Positions 9,323 to 18,964 of a stretch of DNA of 64,000 nucleotides are shown in pieces. The notes below the pieces were generated by a model. The model ran no database searches. It was given only the letters and a program-made list of their open reading frames with translations, and had not been told where the DNA came from. The stretch is from an uncultured Bacillales bacterium (GTDB taxonomy: Bacteria; Bacillota_I; Bacilli_A; RF39; UBA660), in the NCBI GenBank assembly GCA_948433085.1, contig CAOJDP010000001.1, positions 15,642-79,641 on the forward strand. The letters are read 5' to 3'. How positions within the stretch are numbered: the first letter of the stretch is position 1; the number at the start of each line of letters is the position of its first letter. A program made the position numbers and the translations under genes.

Positions 9323-10111
9323 TCACCCCCAATATTGTTCTAATATTTTATGAATTAAATCTGTTTCTGGTACAGATTCTAATAAAAAACCTTTGATTAA
9401 TAAATGTAATACCTGCTTTTCAGGAATTCCTCTACTCATCAAATAAAAAACAATCTCTGGATTAAATTTACCAATAGAAGCAGAATGATTGGCTATAACC
9501 TCATTTTCTTCAATTAATAAAATTGGATTAATATTACATTTTTTGTGATTCAATGTAATAATACGATTATTTTGACTTAAGTTGCATTCTTTAATCCCTT
9601 GATCCACCACACTTGTTACTTGAAAAGAAATGCTCCCTTCCTCTACTGTAACTCCATGATTTATGAGATTACTGGTTGTATGAGGTGCATTATGATAAGT
9701 TACAATATCAAAACGATTGGAACCTCTTGCAATTGTATTTAAATGATATGTTATAGATGCATACGCTCCATTTAACTGAATCAAATCGAGTTCCTTTAGA
9801 AGTTCTACATCATAAAATTTAGTTACCTCTATACAACTATTTTCTTCTAAATTATAGGTATATTGTGCTTTTAAATGTTGGCATTTTCTCACTTCAAATA
9901 GATGAAACACAGCTTCTTGTTCCACAACGAAAGATACATCAATTTTACTATCTACTTCTTCATAACAAAGTTCTAATTCAGTAGATTTCCTGACTACTAT
10001 TTTAACTTGTAAAACATCAAATTCAGAATAAGGTTTTACAAAATCTATGTTTAATTTATCATCACTATCCACTATTTCAAGTTTTGAATCTAATATTTTT
10101 ATTTTATTCAT
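9323..10111 (-). CDS. sufD: Short SufB/SufD-family Fe-S assembly protein, about 262 aa
   Basis: The C-terminal SufBD signature (...IVFYLMSRGIPEKQVLHLLIKGF) is present. I placed the start at ATG 10111 (MNKIKIL), giving an 8-nt ATGAATAA overlap with the sufC stop; the ORF-track start at 10150 would overlap sufC by 47 nt. Confidence 0.65.
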   Translation of the reverse strand: MNKIKILDSKLEIVDSDDKLNIDFVKPYSEFDVLQVKIVVRKSTELELCYEEVDSKIDVSFVVEQEAVFHLFEVRKCQHLKAQYTYNLEENSCIEVTKFYDVELLKELDLIQLNGAYASITYHLNTIARGSNRFDIVTYHNAPHTTSNLINHGVTVEEGSISFQVTSVVDQGIKECNLSQNNRIITLNHKKCNINPILLIEENEVIANHSASIGKFNPEIVFYLMSRGIPEKQVLHLLIKGFLLESVPETDLIHKILEQYWG

Positions 10112-10868
10112 GAGATGCCTCTTCAAAACTTTCATAACCATTTTCTTCAATGATGGAAACTAAATTAGCATCCCCACTTTTCACAATACGCCCATGCATC
10201 ATTATATGCACAAAATCTGGTTTGATATAATCTAATAGCCTTTGATAATGTGTAATTAATAAAATTCCTGTTTCATGTGTTTCCTTATAAGCTGTTACAT
10301 TTTCCCCCACCACTTTTAAACTGTCAACATCTAATCCAGAATCAATTTCATCTAATAATACCATGGTTGGTTTTAATAAATACATTTGTAAAATTTCATT
10401 CTTTTTACGTTCTCCCCCTGAAAAACCTTGATTAATAGAACGATGAATCATTTCTGAATCCATTTTCAATTGTTCTACAGTTTGATTCAATTCTTTGATA
10501 AACGACATCAATTTAAAATCTTTTCCTTCTTTTTCATGTAAAGCCGTTCTTAAAAAATCAGCGTTTGTAACACCTTCTATTTCTAATGGCATCTGCATAC
10601 CTAAAAAGATGCCTAGCCTTGCTCTTTCATCAACAGTCATTTCTAAAATCGAATGTTCATCATATAAAATATCACCTTTGATTACTTTATAATTTAAATC
10701 CCCCATAATGACTTTAGATAATGTCGACTTTCCAGTCCCATTTGGTCCCATAATCGCATGGACTTCTCCTGTATGAATGGTTAAGTTAAAATCTTTTAAT
10801 ATGATTTTATCCTCGATTGAAACAGTAAGGTTTTCTATTTTTAGTGTATGCATTTCGATCATCTCCAA
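10104..10868 (-). CDS. sufC: Fe-S cluster assembly ATPase SufC
   Basis: Walker A is GPNGTGKST, with the ABC signature FSGGERKK, Walker B LLLDEIDSGLD and an H-loop. This is the SufC architecture. Confidence 0.9.
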   Translation of the reverse strand: MEMIEMHTLKIENLTVSIEDKIILKDFNLTIHTGEVHAIMGPNGTGKSTLSKVIMGDLNYKVIKGDILYDEHSILEMTVDERARLGIFLGMQMPLEIEGVTNADFLRTALHEKEGKDFKLMSFIKELNQTVEQLKMDSEMIHRSINQGFSGGERKKNEILQMYLLKPTMVLLDEIDSGLDVDSLKVVGENVTAYKETHETGILLITHYQRLLDYIKPDFVHIMMHGRIVKSGDANLVSIIEENGYESFEEASHE

Positions 10869-11396
10869 TAGTACTATTTTACCAAATTTTTAAATTTTCC
10901 TCTACTAATTGTATAAAAAAAATTTTTTTTCTCATAAAGAAATGGATATTCGCAGATATTCACGTAAAAAGGATCATTATGGTCCTTTTTATAAATTCTA
11001 TTTTCCAATGCAAATTATTTACGATTTAGATGCCAATTATATGATACTTAATTTTAGGGAATAATATAAACTGTATATTTTGTAGCATAATCAAAATCAA
11101 TCCCTTCATACAGTATGAAGCGGAAGTTGTAAAAGTATTGCTGTAAATTCTACAAGTAATACGCAGGATTCATCCCAAATACATACTTTGGCTAGATACC
11201 ATTGACAATCCAACATTGTTACATAGAATAAAGAGTGATAGCCACTTGTAGCTGTTGAAAAATAGAAAGTATCCAAAACAGATACTCTTATAGGATTCCC
11301 AAATAAGTCAATGCAAAACTTATTTATGTGAGAAAATCATAAAACAGGAAAACATATCTCTACAAAAGAAAATACAGGGTTTACTTTTCTATTTAC

Positions 11397-11825
11397 CTAT
11401 ATTTTCTTACACAATTCATCCAGATTGATATTATAAAATTGAGCTAAGCTGATTAATTTATCAATAGGAATAGACAATTGTTTTTTGTAGTACTTATAAC
11501 AACATGATACACTCACACCAATTGCTTGTGCGATTGTTTCAAAAGTATGTTTATGTTTCATTTTCAGTTCATTTAATGTAGCTATGATAGAATCATAGTC
11601 CATAGGTTTGATAGGGATATCTTTACGTTCCTGTTCCAAACCTAATAAATATGCTAGTGTAGTTTCATAGATAATCGTTAATTCATCTAGTTTTTCTAAT
11701 GGAATGATTATATCTCCATTTTCCCAATTCGCATATGTAGAACGATTCACATTTAACAAGTTGGCGATTGTATTTTGACTGTAATCATGATCTTCTCTTA
11801 GGTCTTTTATCCTTCTAATATACAT
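11397..11825 (-). CDS. XRE-family regulator with two HTH modules
   Basis: The N-terminal HTH is YSQNTIANLLNVNRSTYANWENG. A second HTH-like segment is HTFETIAQAIGVSVSCCYKYYKK. Confidence 0.65.
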   Translation of the reverse strand: MYIRRIKDLREDHDYSQNTIANLLNVNRSTYANWENGDIIIPLEKLDELTIIYETTLAYLLGLEQERKDIPIKPMDYDSIIATLNELKMKHKHTFETIAQAIGVSVSCCYKYYKKQLSIPIDKLISLAQFYNINLDELCKKI

Positions 11826-11953
11826 ACCAACATCACCAATATAATTTTCTCACAGTAAATTTTTTACATAAAATGTTGTCCTATCTAAGAAAAATATATT
11901 TCAATATAAATATAGGTATGCTATAATGAAAAGGAATAACAATCTATTTATTG

Positions 11954-12220
11954 TTATTCCTGATTAGTCGTCATATCTACTCTTGGTGGTAATTTTTTAA
12001 AATCTCTTTTAATGTAGAATTCATAGGGCTCCACATTGAGTGCTTTTGCTAACTGTTCTAGTGTTTCAAAAGATGGAGTATGCAGTCCTGACTCAAGTTG
12101 ACTGATATAAGTAACACTTAAATTTGTTAATTCTGCTAATTTTTCTTGCGTATATTTCTTTCGATATCTAAAATTTTTAACATTATTACCAAATGCTTTA
12201 TTTAATTTCAATTGTATCAC
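11954..12220 (-). CDS. XRE-family HTH transcriptional regulator (Cro/CI-like)
   Basis: YTQEKLAELTNLSVTYISQLESG. It is divergent from the 12319 gene across a 98-bp intergenic region. Confidence 0.7.
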   Translation of the reverse strand: MIQLKLNKAFGNNVKNFRYRKKYTQEKLAELTNLSVTYISQLESGLHTPSFETLEQLAKALNVEPYEFYIKRDFKKLPPRVDMTTNQE

Positions 12221-12318
12221 CCTACTTTATTATGATGATACAATTTTTATAAACCATACTCCAATAACTATTAGTATATAAAATTAGATATGACTTTATT
12301 TTAGGAAGGTGAAAAAAA

Positions 12319-12780
12319 ATGGAAAATATGCTACTAGAACTACAGAAACGAAATGGGTATTCCTATGAGCACTTAGGGAAAAAATTGAATATATGCAAAA
12401 CTTTTTGTTGGCAACTCTTACATAGAAAAAGAAGAATGACATATGCTTTTGCACTCAAATTCTCTATGATTTATAAAACATATCCCAACCAATTTTTTGG
12501 ATATAATATAATCTATTATCAAAATAAAGGAGATTTAAATTCTATAAAAACATATGTTGGACTTGAAAATTTAAAAAAAATTAGAAAAGAAAAAGGATTT
12601 ACAATTTATGACATTGCCTATCAATTAAAAATTACCCCACCCTTCTACTCACAAATCGAAAATGGTAAACGGAGATTATTTTGTGATACATTACTAAAAA
12701 TAGCGCAAATTTTAGAAGAAAGTCCAGATTTTTTAGTTTATAATGATTTTATCATTCAAAATGAAAATGAAAGCAATTAA
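12319..12780 (+). CDS. XRE-like regulator with two HTH modules
   Basis: The first HTH is YSYEHLGKKLNICKTFCWQLLH and the second is FTIYDIAYQLKITPPFYSQIENGKR. A GGAAGGTG RBS lies upstream. Confidence 0.6.
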   Translation: MENMLLELQKRNGYSYEHLGKKLNICKTFCWQLLHRKRRMTYAFALKFSMIYKTYPNQFFGYNIIYYQNKGDLNSIKTYVGLENLKKIRKEKGFTIYDIAYQLKITPPFYSQIENGKRRLFCDTLLKIAQILEESPDFLVYNDFIIQNENESN

Positions 12781-12792
12781 ACTTTCATTTTT

Positions 12793-13806
12793 TTAAGATT
12801 CATTCAATACCTTATAATATAAATCAGCCAATTGTTTTCCAGCTTTTTTGATTTCTCTAGATTCTACCATTTTATATCCAGCTTCTGTTAAATTTGGTAA
12901 TTTTCCCTCTAAAATACCTTTTATTTTTTCTTCAAATTCATCTACATTAGAAGCTTTATATACATGTTTTCCATCTTCCAAAAAATCAAATATAGGAATA
13001 GAAGATACAATAGTAGGTATTTTTTCAGTTAAGGCTTCTAATATCGGAATTCCTTCTGTCTCTTCTAATGTCGGAAATAAGTACAAATCAGCCCCACTAT
13101 AAGCACTTCTCAAAACAGTGGGCTCTACATAGCCTGCAAAAACCAGATTATCCAGTTTCGTTTGCACTGCTTTTTTCACCTTTCTAGGCGAGAATATAAG
13201 TGGTGAATAACCAACCCAAATAAATTTATATTCTGGTAATCTTTTCGCCAATTCTACAAAAGTTAAAATACCTTTGCGCTCTAAATAAAGACCTACCCCC
13301 ATAATTACTTTATCTGTATCTTTATAGCCAAAATCCTTTCTAAATTTCTTGCCATTTTCTTCATTTCGCTCAAAGAATTTCATATCAATTCCATTAGAAA
13401 TGGCTGTAATAGGTGTATTTAAATTGTAGTTTTCCAATAATTTTTTACTATACTCTGTTGGAGTTACAATATAATCCCCTAATTGATAACATTTACAGAT
13501 CCATTTTTTAAACAGAGGTGCTATTTGATTAGATAAAATAAAGGAATTTCGAAAATCCTCTTCCGTCGAATGCGCATGATAAATTACTTTTTTACCCATT
13601 TTTTTTGCCTTTTTTGCCAAATAATAAGATTTTGGTCCATAAAAATTGATATGGATAATATCATAATCTTTACATTTAGAATCAGTGGTATAATCAATTT
13701 TGTTATCTTCTAGTGCTTTTTTTTGATGCTGAATCGCTTTCCCAAGACCTGATTTTCCATTCATTTTTTCAAATTCCGTATATAATAATACTTTCAATTG
13801 AATCAC
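12793..13806 (-). CDS. GT4 (group 1) glycosyltransferase
   Basis: It has the C-terminal EX7E motif (EETEGIPILEA) and a GT-B fold pattern. It is likely a membrane glycolipid or wall-polymer glycosyltransferase. Confidence 0.75.
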   Translation of the reverse strand: MIQLKVLLYTEFEKMNGKSGLGKAIQHQKKALEDNKIDYTTDSKCKDYDIIHINFYGPKSYYLAKKAKKMGKKVIYHAHSTEEDFRNSFILSNQIAPLFKKWICKCYQLGDYIVTPTEYSKKLLENYNLNTPITAISNGIDMKFFERNEENGKKFRKDFGYKDTDKVIMGVGLYLERKGILTFVELAKRLPEYKFIWVGYSPLIFSPRKVKKAVQTKLDNLVFAGYVEPTVLRSAYSGADLYLFPTLEETEGIPILEALTEKIPTIVSSIPIFDFLEDGKHVYKASNVDEFEEKIKGILEGKLPNLTEAGYKMVESREIKKAGKQLADLYYKVLNES

Positions 13807-13829
13807 CTAATATTAATATACCATACATT

Positions 13830-14069
13830 CTAATAAATTACCATACTTACTAAAATAACATCTTCTCCGATTTTTTGAATTTGATTCCATTTTACCTCCA
13901 TTTCATCTTTATTACTAAAAATACTAGTGATAAATTTAGCTTTTTGAACAATTAAAGATTCCATATTTCCCTCTTTATCAATCACAACATCAATAATATT
14001 ACCAATTTTTTTCCCATCTTCCATATTGACAATATCTTTATTTTGCAAATCGGATAAGCGCATATACAT
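13830..14069 (-). CDS. YlmC/YmxH-family (PRC-barrel) sporulation protein
   Basis: MRLSDLQNKDIVNMEDGKKIGNIIDVVIDKEGNMESLIV matches the YlmC/YmxH pattern. The start was moved to the internal MYM/MRL ATGs with an upstream GGTGA RBS; the track start is 14096. Confidence 0.7.
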   Translation of the reverse strand: MYMRLSDLQNKDIVNMEDGKKIGNIIDVVIDKEGNMESLIVQKAKFITSIFSNKDEMEVKWNQIQKIGEDVILVSMVIY

Positions 14070-14101
14070 CACCACTTCAGTATATGAAAAAAACAAGATA
14101 A

Positions 14102-14758
14102 TTATCCTGCTTTTATTTTATTCATATAGTAATGAATCTTACTAGCCCAAGCTTTACTTGCTGCGTAACGAGCATTAATTTGTTCAGGTGTGGTCACACC
14201 TTTGGCTATGTAATTATTATATAAATTATTTAAAAACGCATCAATTCCCTCATCTAAACTTGCGAACTGTTTATAGGACCCCCCATTACAACCAGGACTT
14301 CCTTTCATTCCGCCCACATTGTTACAATTTACAACCAATCGACTACACGTTCCATTACAACCTGTTTCATGTAATACGATCGCAATTGCAAGATAGGGAT
14401 CTACACCAAGAGATAAACATTTGGTTGCAAAAATTTCGCCTGTTCCTTCCATTTTTCCTTTTAAAGAACGGTTTAATTTCGCAATCAATTCCTCCATTGT
14501 TAGTCCATCATAAACAATTTTATTTTCGGCTTCCTTTTGCAAGTATTCTAATACAACGGTACTTTTAAATGGAGTAAATGTTCCATTGGCATGCTCACTT
14601 TCAAATAAACGACTATTTTTAGCATCCAATATAGATTTTACGCCTAAGCAACCCAAAATGAGTAAGACGAAACTAGAAAGAATTCCCACACGTTTCCATA
14701 ATTTATTTTGTTCTTTTTTCACGATTTCACCTCTGTGTAATTGATAGAACAACTTCAT
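14102..14758 (-). CDS. Membrane-anchored glucosaminidase-domain peptidoglycan hydrolase
   Basis: An N-terminal TM segment is followed by LAIAIVLHETGCNGTCSRLVVNCNNVGGMK, matching the FlgJ/LytD-type glucosaminidase signature (ETG...NN.GG.K). Confidence 0.6.
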   Translation of the reverse strand: MKLFYQLHRGEIVKKEQNKLWKRVGILSSFVLLILGCLGVKSILDAKNSRLFESEHANGTFTPFKSTVVLEYLQKEAENKIVYDGLTMEELIAKLNRSLKGKMEGTGEIFATKCLSLGVDPYLAIAIVLHETGCNGTCSRLVVNCNNVGGMKGSPGCNGGSYKQFASLDEGIDAFLNNLYNNYIAKGVTTPEQINARYAASKAWASKIHYYMNKIKAG

Positions 14759-14965
14759 TTTACCCTAAATATTCATTTTTGTCAAACCATTGTCAAATGA
14801 AAAGAACAGTTTTTACTGCTCTTGCTATAATTTATGTGATGAAACATTTTTTAGAATAAAAAAAATATTGTTTTTGAAAAGAAAACAGTTGACAAAAAAA
14901 TATAGTATTCCATTTGAATAAAATTCAATTCTTTTGTACAAGATAGATACAGAAAGGATGGTTTT

Positions 14966-15742
14966 ATGGCACGTCATAAAGTGGAAATTTGTGGCGTGAA
15001 TACTGCGAATATTAAAGTTTTAAATACGGAAGAAATGTATGATTTATTTTGTAAATTCAAAAATGGAGATGAATGTGCAAAAGAAGAATTAATCAATGGG
15101 AATTTAAAATTAGTACTATCCATTTTAAAAAAGTACAATAATCGTACAGACAATATGGATGATTTATTCCAAATTGGTGTAATTGGATTAATTAAAGCAA
15201 TTGATAATTTTGATTTAGAAAAAGAAGTCAAATTTTCTACCTATGCAGTTCCTATGATTCTAGGAGAAGTGAGACGTTATTTACGTGATTCTGGTAGTAT
15301 TCGAGTTGCACGCAGTATTAAAGACAATGCTTATCGTGCAATGAGAGCAAAAGAAGAATTGACAAATACCTATGGAAAAGAACCTACAATTGCAGAAATT
15401 GCAAAGAAAGTAGAGCTATCCGAATATGAAGTAAGTAATGCTTTAGAATCTATGCGCGATACGATTAGTATGTTTGAGCCTATTTATAACGATGGTGGTG
15501 ATACTATCTATTTAGCAGACCAACTCGAAGATAAAAAAGATACACATTATTCTCTAGATATGAAAATTTCTTTGAAAAATGCCATGGATCGATTAAAAGA
15601 AAAAGAACGCTATATCTTATATGAACGTTATATTTATGGAAAAACCCAATTAGAATTAGCAGAAGAAATAGGCATTTCACAAGCACAAATATCTAGATTA
15701 GAAAAAAGTGGTTTAGACCATATTAAAAAAATGATTTCATAA
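14966..15742 (+). CDS. sigG: Forespore-specific sporulation sigma factor SigG
   Basis: MARHKVEICGVNTANIKVL..., GNLKLVLSILKKYNNRTDNMDDLFQIGVIGLIKAIDNFD, FSTYAVPMILGEVRRYLRD and FEPIYNDGGDTIYLADQL are collinear with B. subtilis SigG, including the characteristic N-terminal KVEICGV. Confidence 0.9.
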   Translation: MARHKVEICGVNTANIKVLNTEEMYDLFCKFKNGDECAKEELINGNLKLVLSILKKYNNRTDNMDDLFQIGVIGLIKAIDNFDLEKEVKFSTYAVPMILGEVRRYLRDSGSIRVARSIKDNAYRAMRAKEELTNTYGKEPTIAEIAKKVELSEYEVSNALESMRDTISMFEPIYNDGGDTIYLADQLEDKKDTHYSLDMKISLKNAMDRLKEKERYILYERYIYGKTQLELAEEIGISQAQISRLEKSGLDHIKKMIS

Positions 15743-16457
15743 ACTGTTTGGCTCTCTGAATCTCTTCTAGAGACATCTGGAATTGATAACAAATGGCGGT
15801 TTCCCTTTTGGATAGCCATTCACTTTGTGCATGTGTTTGGATAAAATGATTTTTTGTATAGTAAGTAATCGCATCCAATTGGATATAGCGGATTACGCCC
15901 AAATAAAGACTCAGATACATTCCTGTTGGAAGAAAAGGATCATGCCTTTCTTCTTTGACCCATTCTTTATAATGGCATGTGATATCCTTACTTTGTGATA
16001 GAATTTGATGTAGATAAAAATCCATTAATAGACAATGGTTTTTGGCTTCTTTGTGGGATAAACTTATTCCGTCTGCTAGTAAAATGCTAGAATATCCTGT
16101 ATTTGTTTGATTTAACATAACCTTTTTATCATCAGCTGATAAAAAAGGAACAACATGTGTACGTTGATGAAGACGGGAATGTTGATTAGAAAAATAATAA
16201 AGTTGTTGCTCTTGGGTACTATAAATGGTAGCATTTTCATCCATTAAAAAGGATTCTAATCTCCCTTCTTTATATAATAGAATATAGTCTAAATAAGGTT
16301 TAAAGTATGTATACGATTGTTCGAACGAGGAGAAGTCAAAATCGACAGTTCCTTTATCACTTTCATAGATTTCCTGCATAACACTTTGTAATTCGTAATA
16401 TGGAACTTTTAGATATTTTCTTTTATCTCCTTCTATATAAGATAATATTGTTTGCAT
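15723..16457 (-). CDS. Hypothetical protein
   Basis: A 244-aa ORF with a GGGG-containing RBS region. It is convergent with sigG, overlapping by 20 nt at the 3' ends. No family recognised. Confidence 0.45.
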   Translation of the reverse strand: MQTILSYIEGDKRKYLKVPYYELQSVMQEIYESDKGTVDFDFSSFEQSYTYFKPYLDYILLYKEGRLESFLMDENATIYSTQEQQLYYFSNQHSRLHQRTHVVPFLSADDKKVMLNQTNTGYSSILLADGISLSHKEAKNHCLLMDFYLHQILSQSKDITCHYKEWVKEERHDPFLPTGMYLSLYLGVIRYIQLDAITYYTKNHFIQTHAQSEWLSKRETAICYQFQMSLEEIQRAKQFMKSFF

Positions 16458-16504
16458 AGTATTCCCCCTTGAACCATTATATCACATTAGAAAGGAGACT
16501 TCAT

Positions 16505-17017
16505 ATGATTTATCTATTTATATTTGTTGCAAAAGTAATTGAAATTTCTTTGGGCACATTAAGAATGATTGTAATTGCCAATGGAAAAAAATGGTTGGGA
16601 GCCATTTTACAACTTGCATCTGCTTTGGTTTGGATTTTTTCAACAGAAGCTGTTTTAGTAGGAATTCATGGTAACTTTCTTAAAATTGCAATATTTGCAA
16701 TTGGATCATTTGCAGGTTCTTATGCAGGAAGTTACATTGAAGAAAAACTAGCAATTGGTTCAAATATGCTAACCTGTATTACAGAACCTGGCAATACAGC
16801 AATGGTATCCGCATTAAGAAATGCTGGTTATGCAGTAACAATATTGAAAGGTTATGGTATTGAAAGTGAAAAAGAAATTTATTTGATTCTAACCTCTAGA
16901 AAAAAACGACATAAAGCCGTTCTTTTAGTAAAAGAATATGATAAAAATTGTATGATTGTATCAGAAAGTGCAGTTTCTGTAAATGGTGGTTACGTTTCAC
17001 AATCTGTAAAAAGATAG
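16505..17017 (+). CDS. UPF0316/DUF2179-family membrane protein
   Basis: MIYLFIFVAKVIEISLGTLRMIV...GYIEEKLAIG...VTILKGYGIE... is collinear with B. subtilis UPF0316 proteins. An AAAGGAGA RBS lies 7 nt upstream of ATG 16505; the track start is 16469. Confidence 0.7.
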   Translation: MIYLFIFVAKVIEISLGTLRMIVIANGKKWLGAILQLASALVWIFSTEAVLVGIHGNFLKIAIFAIGSFAGSYAGSYIEEKLAIGSNMLTCITEPGNTAMVSALRNAGYAVTILKGYGIESEKEIYLILTSRKKRHKAVLLVKEYDKNCMIVSESAVSVNGGYVSQSVKR

Positions 17018-17649
17018 GATTTATCTGTAATAATATTAGCATTGCTGTTTGTTTTTTTACATGCTTGAATGGAATCAATTCCCCAAAAAAATATTTCTTT
17101 GGGACCTTTTCTATGAATATCTTTGGTACTAATAAAATCAAATGGATTGATGTCTTTATTATGATTAATGATATCTCCCATAATAAGCCCAACCTTATAT
17201 GTAGGATGTTTTATTTTAAATTGGATTAAAAAATCATAATCAAAACTACAAATATAAAAATTTAAATTTGGATATTTTTGGATCGTTCTATATAAAAGTT
17301 CCTCTGTATCACTTTCTTTGACTTCTATCATAATAATTTTATGACTATGCACTTTTTGTAAAAAAGTATCTAATGTACAAATCTTAGATGATTGAGATGT
17401 TGTACCAAAATTGTATTGCTGTAGTGCATCTAAAGTCATATATTTTACAATCCCATGACCATCGCTCGTAGAAGCAATGGTGGCATTATGAATCATAACA
17501 AGTTGATTGTCTTTTGTTCTTCTTATATCTAACTCTACCCCATCTATATAAGAAGTATTTAAAGAAGCAAGTAAGGCTTCACAGGTATTTTCAAAATAAC
17601 CATGATTGTTGTTGCCACGATGGGCAATGAATTTTCTCATAAAGATCAC
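16990..17649 (-). CDS. Glycerophosphodiester phosphodiesterase family protein
   Basis: FIAHRGNNNHGYFENTCEAL...IDGVELDIRRTKDNQLVMIHN is the GDPD active-site pattern (HR...E...E.D). Confidence 0.75.
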   Translation of the reverse strand: MIFMRKFIAHRGNNNHGYFENTCEALLASLNTSYIDGVELDIRRTKDNQLVMIHNATIASTSDGHGIVKYMTLDALQQYNFGTTSQSSKICTLDTFLQKVHSHKIIMIEVKESDTEELLYRTIQKYPNLNFYICSFDYDFLIQFKIKHPTYKVGLIMGDIINHNKDINPFDFISTKDIHRKGPKEIFFWGIDSIQACKKTNSNANIITDKSYLFTDCET

Positions 17650-17679
17650 CTAATTTATTAAACGAAAAAAAATGCACTT

Positions 17680-18351
17680 TTATGCATCCTTTAAGAACGA
17701 TTCAATATATACACTAATTTCAGCATGAATGTCTTCAATAGAGCGTAAATTTTCTTGCACACATTCAATGGTATGGAATTGATAGCGTGTTGCCAATTCA
17801 AGATAAGTACATTCTGCATGGTACAAATAATGATTATCGCATTCATTTTCATCCAATACACTTCTATTCTGTTTGAGCTTAATAATGGTTGCAATTGGTA
17901 GATGTAAAAAAAGTGAAATATCTGGCTTAGGGAGTTCCAATAAATCAAATTCAAGCCTTTCTAACCATTGATACATTTTCATTCTCTCTTCTTTTTCCTC
18001 TAATTTTGCTCCTTGATGTGCCATATTGGAATAAACATAACGATCTAGTATAACATGTATCCCATGCTCTAATAACCATGTAATCTTATGAATATTATAA
18101 AGACGGTCTGCTGCATAATAAAGTGCAGCTACTTTTGGATTTACTTGCACTGCTCCTTCTTGAAACCAACTTTCACTTACATTTCCAAGATAAGGTCCAT
18201 GAATGATTTTGCCAGTTGGAGAATCATAATTTGGAAATGAAAATTGTTCTACTTGATATCCCTTATTCCGTAATGTATTTACAAGTAATTTTGATTGTGT
18301 CTCTTTGCCAGAACAATCAACACCTTCTATCACAATAAGTTTTCCTTTCAT
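17680..18351 (-). CDS. Thymidylate kinase-family protein
   Basis: The P-loop is IEGVDCSGKETQ and there is a DRYVYSNMAHQG motif. The length of about 220 aa fits. Confidence 0.6.
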   Translation of the reverse strand: MKGKLIVIEGVDCSGKETQSKLLVNTLRNKGYQVEQFSFPNYDSPTGKIIHGPYLGNVSESWFQEGAVQVNPKVAALYYAADRLYNIHKITWLLEHGIHVILDRYVYSNMAHQGAKLEEKEERMKMYQWLERLEFDLLELPKPDISLFLHLPIATIIKLKQNRSVLDENECDNHYLYHAECTYLELATRYQFHTIECVQENLRSIEDIHAEISVYIESFLKDA

Positions 18352-18358
18352 TTCCTAC

Positions 18359-18964
18359 CTACTCCTCTATTATTTGATTCATCTCATTGAATTTTATATC
18401 CAAAAATTTACGGCTTGCTAAATAATCACACATATGCACAAATTTTTGATATTTATTGCTTGGCTTAGGTAAAATCACATTCCCTCTATAATCAGTATTC
18501 CAAGGCCCCATATGTGATTCTATTACATTGCAAAGAAATAAAAGTTCATTGTCAGTTAAAGTCAATTTCTCTTTATGCGCTTTTATATAATGAGCAATTA
18601 AAAGAGGATGTTCCGCAACTACATACTGATTATGTTCCTTCCCATGCTTTAATCCATCATGGAGAATTAAAGCAAATAACATTAAATCCTTTTCATCTTG
18701 TGTAAATTTACCTGTAATAGAATCACTTTGGTACAACTCATATGCAATTCGTACCGCAGCTTTAGTATGGCGTATCAATCCCCCATTCCCTAATGAAAAA
18801 TTGGGATGATATTTCCCTGTTGAACTTGCTGGTATTTCAAAAAAATAATCTGGTAATAATTCTACTATCATTTTTAAGTTATCTCTATATTTTTTGTTCT
18901 TAATATAGGTATATTCTTGATGAAATATCTCAGCTTTACACTTTGTTTGATTCATTTTCTTCAC
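18359..18964 (-). CDS. HD-domain phosphohydrolase
   Basis: Metal-binding H...HD pattern LFALILHDGLKHGKEHNQ. Confidence 0.6.
   Translation of the reverse strand: MKKMNQTKCKAEIFHQEYTYIKNKKYRDNLKMIVELLPDYFFEIPASSTGKYHPNFSLGNGGLIRHTKAAVRIAYELYQSDSITGKFTQDEKDLMLFALILHDGLKHGKEHNQYVVAEHPLLIAHYIKAHKEKLTLTDNELLFLCNVIESHMGPWNTDYRGNVILPKPSNKYQKFVHMCDYLASRKFLDIKFNEMNQIIEE

Noticed and set aside
11397-12780. XRE regulator trio as evidence of an intact prophage
   Set aside because: No integrase, terminase, structural or lysis genes are adjacent; the flanks are suf and glycosyltransferase genes.
12848-13102. Small antisense ORFs inside annotated genes (for example 12848..13102, 14188..14568, 38965..39255, 53256..53540, 58895..59173)
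   Set aside because: They lie fully within strongly supported genes on the opposite strand and have low-complexity translations and no RBS. They are typical AT-rich-genome artefacts.
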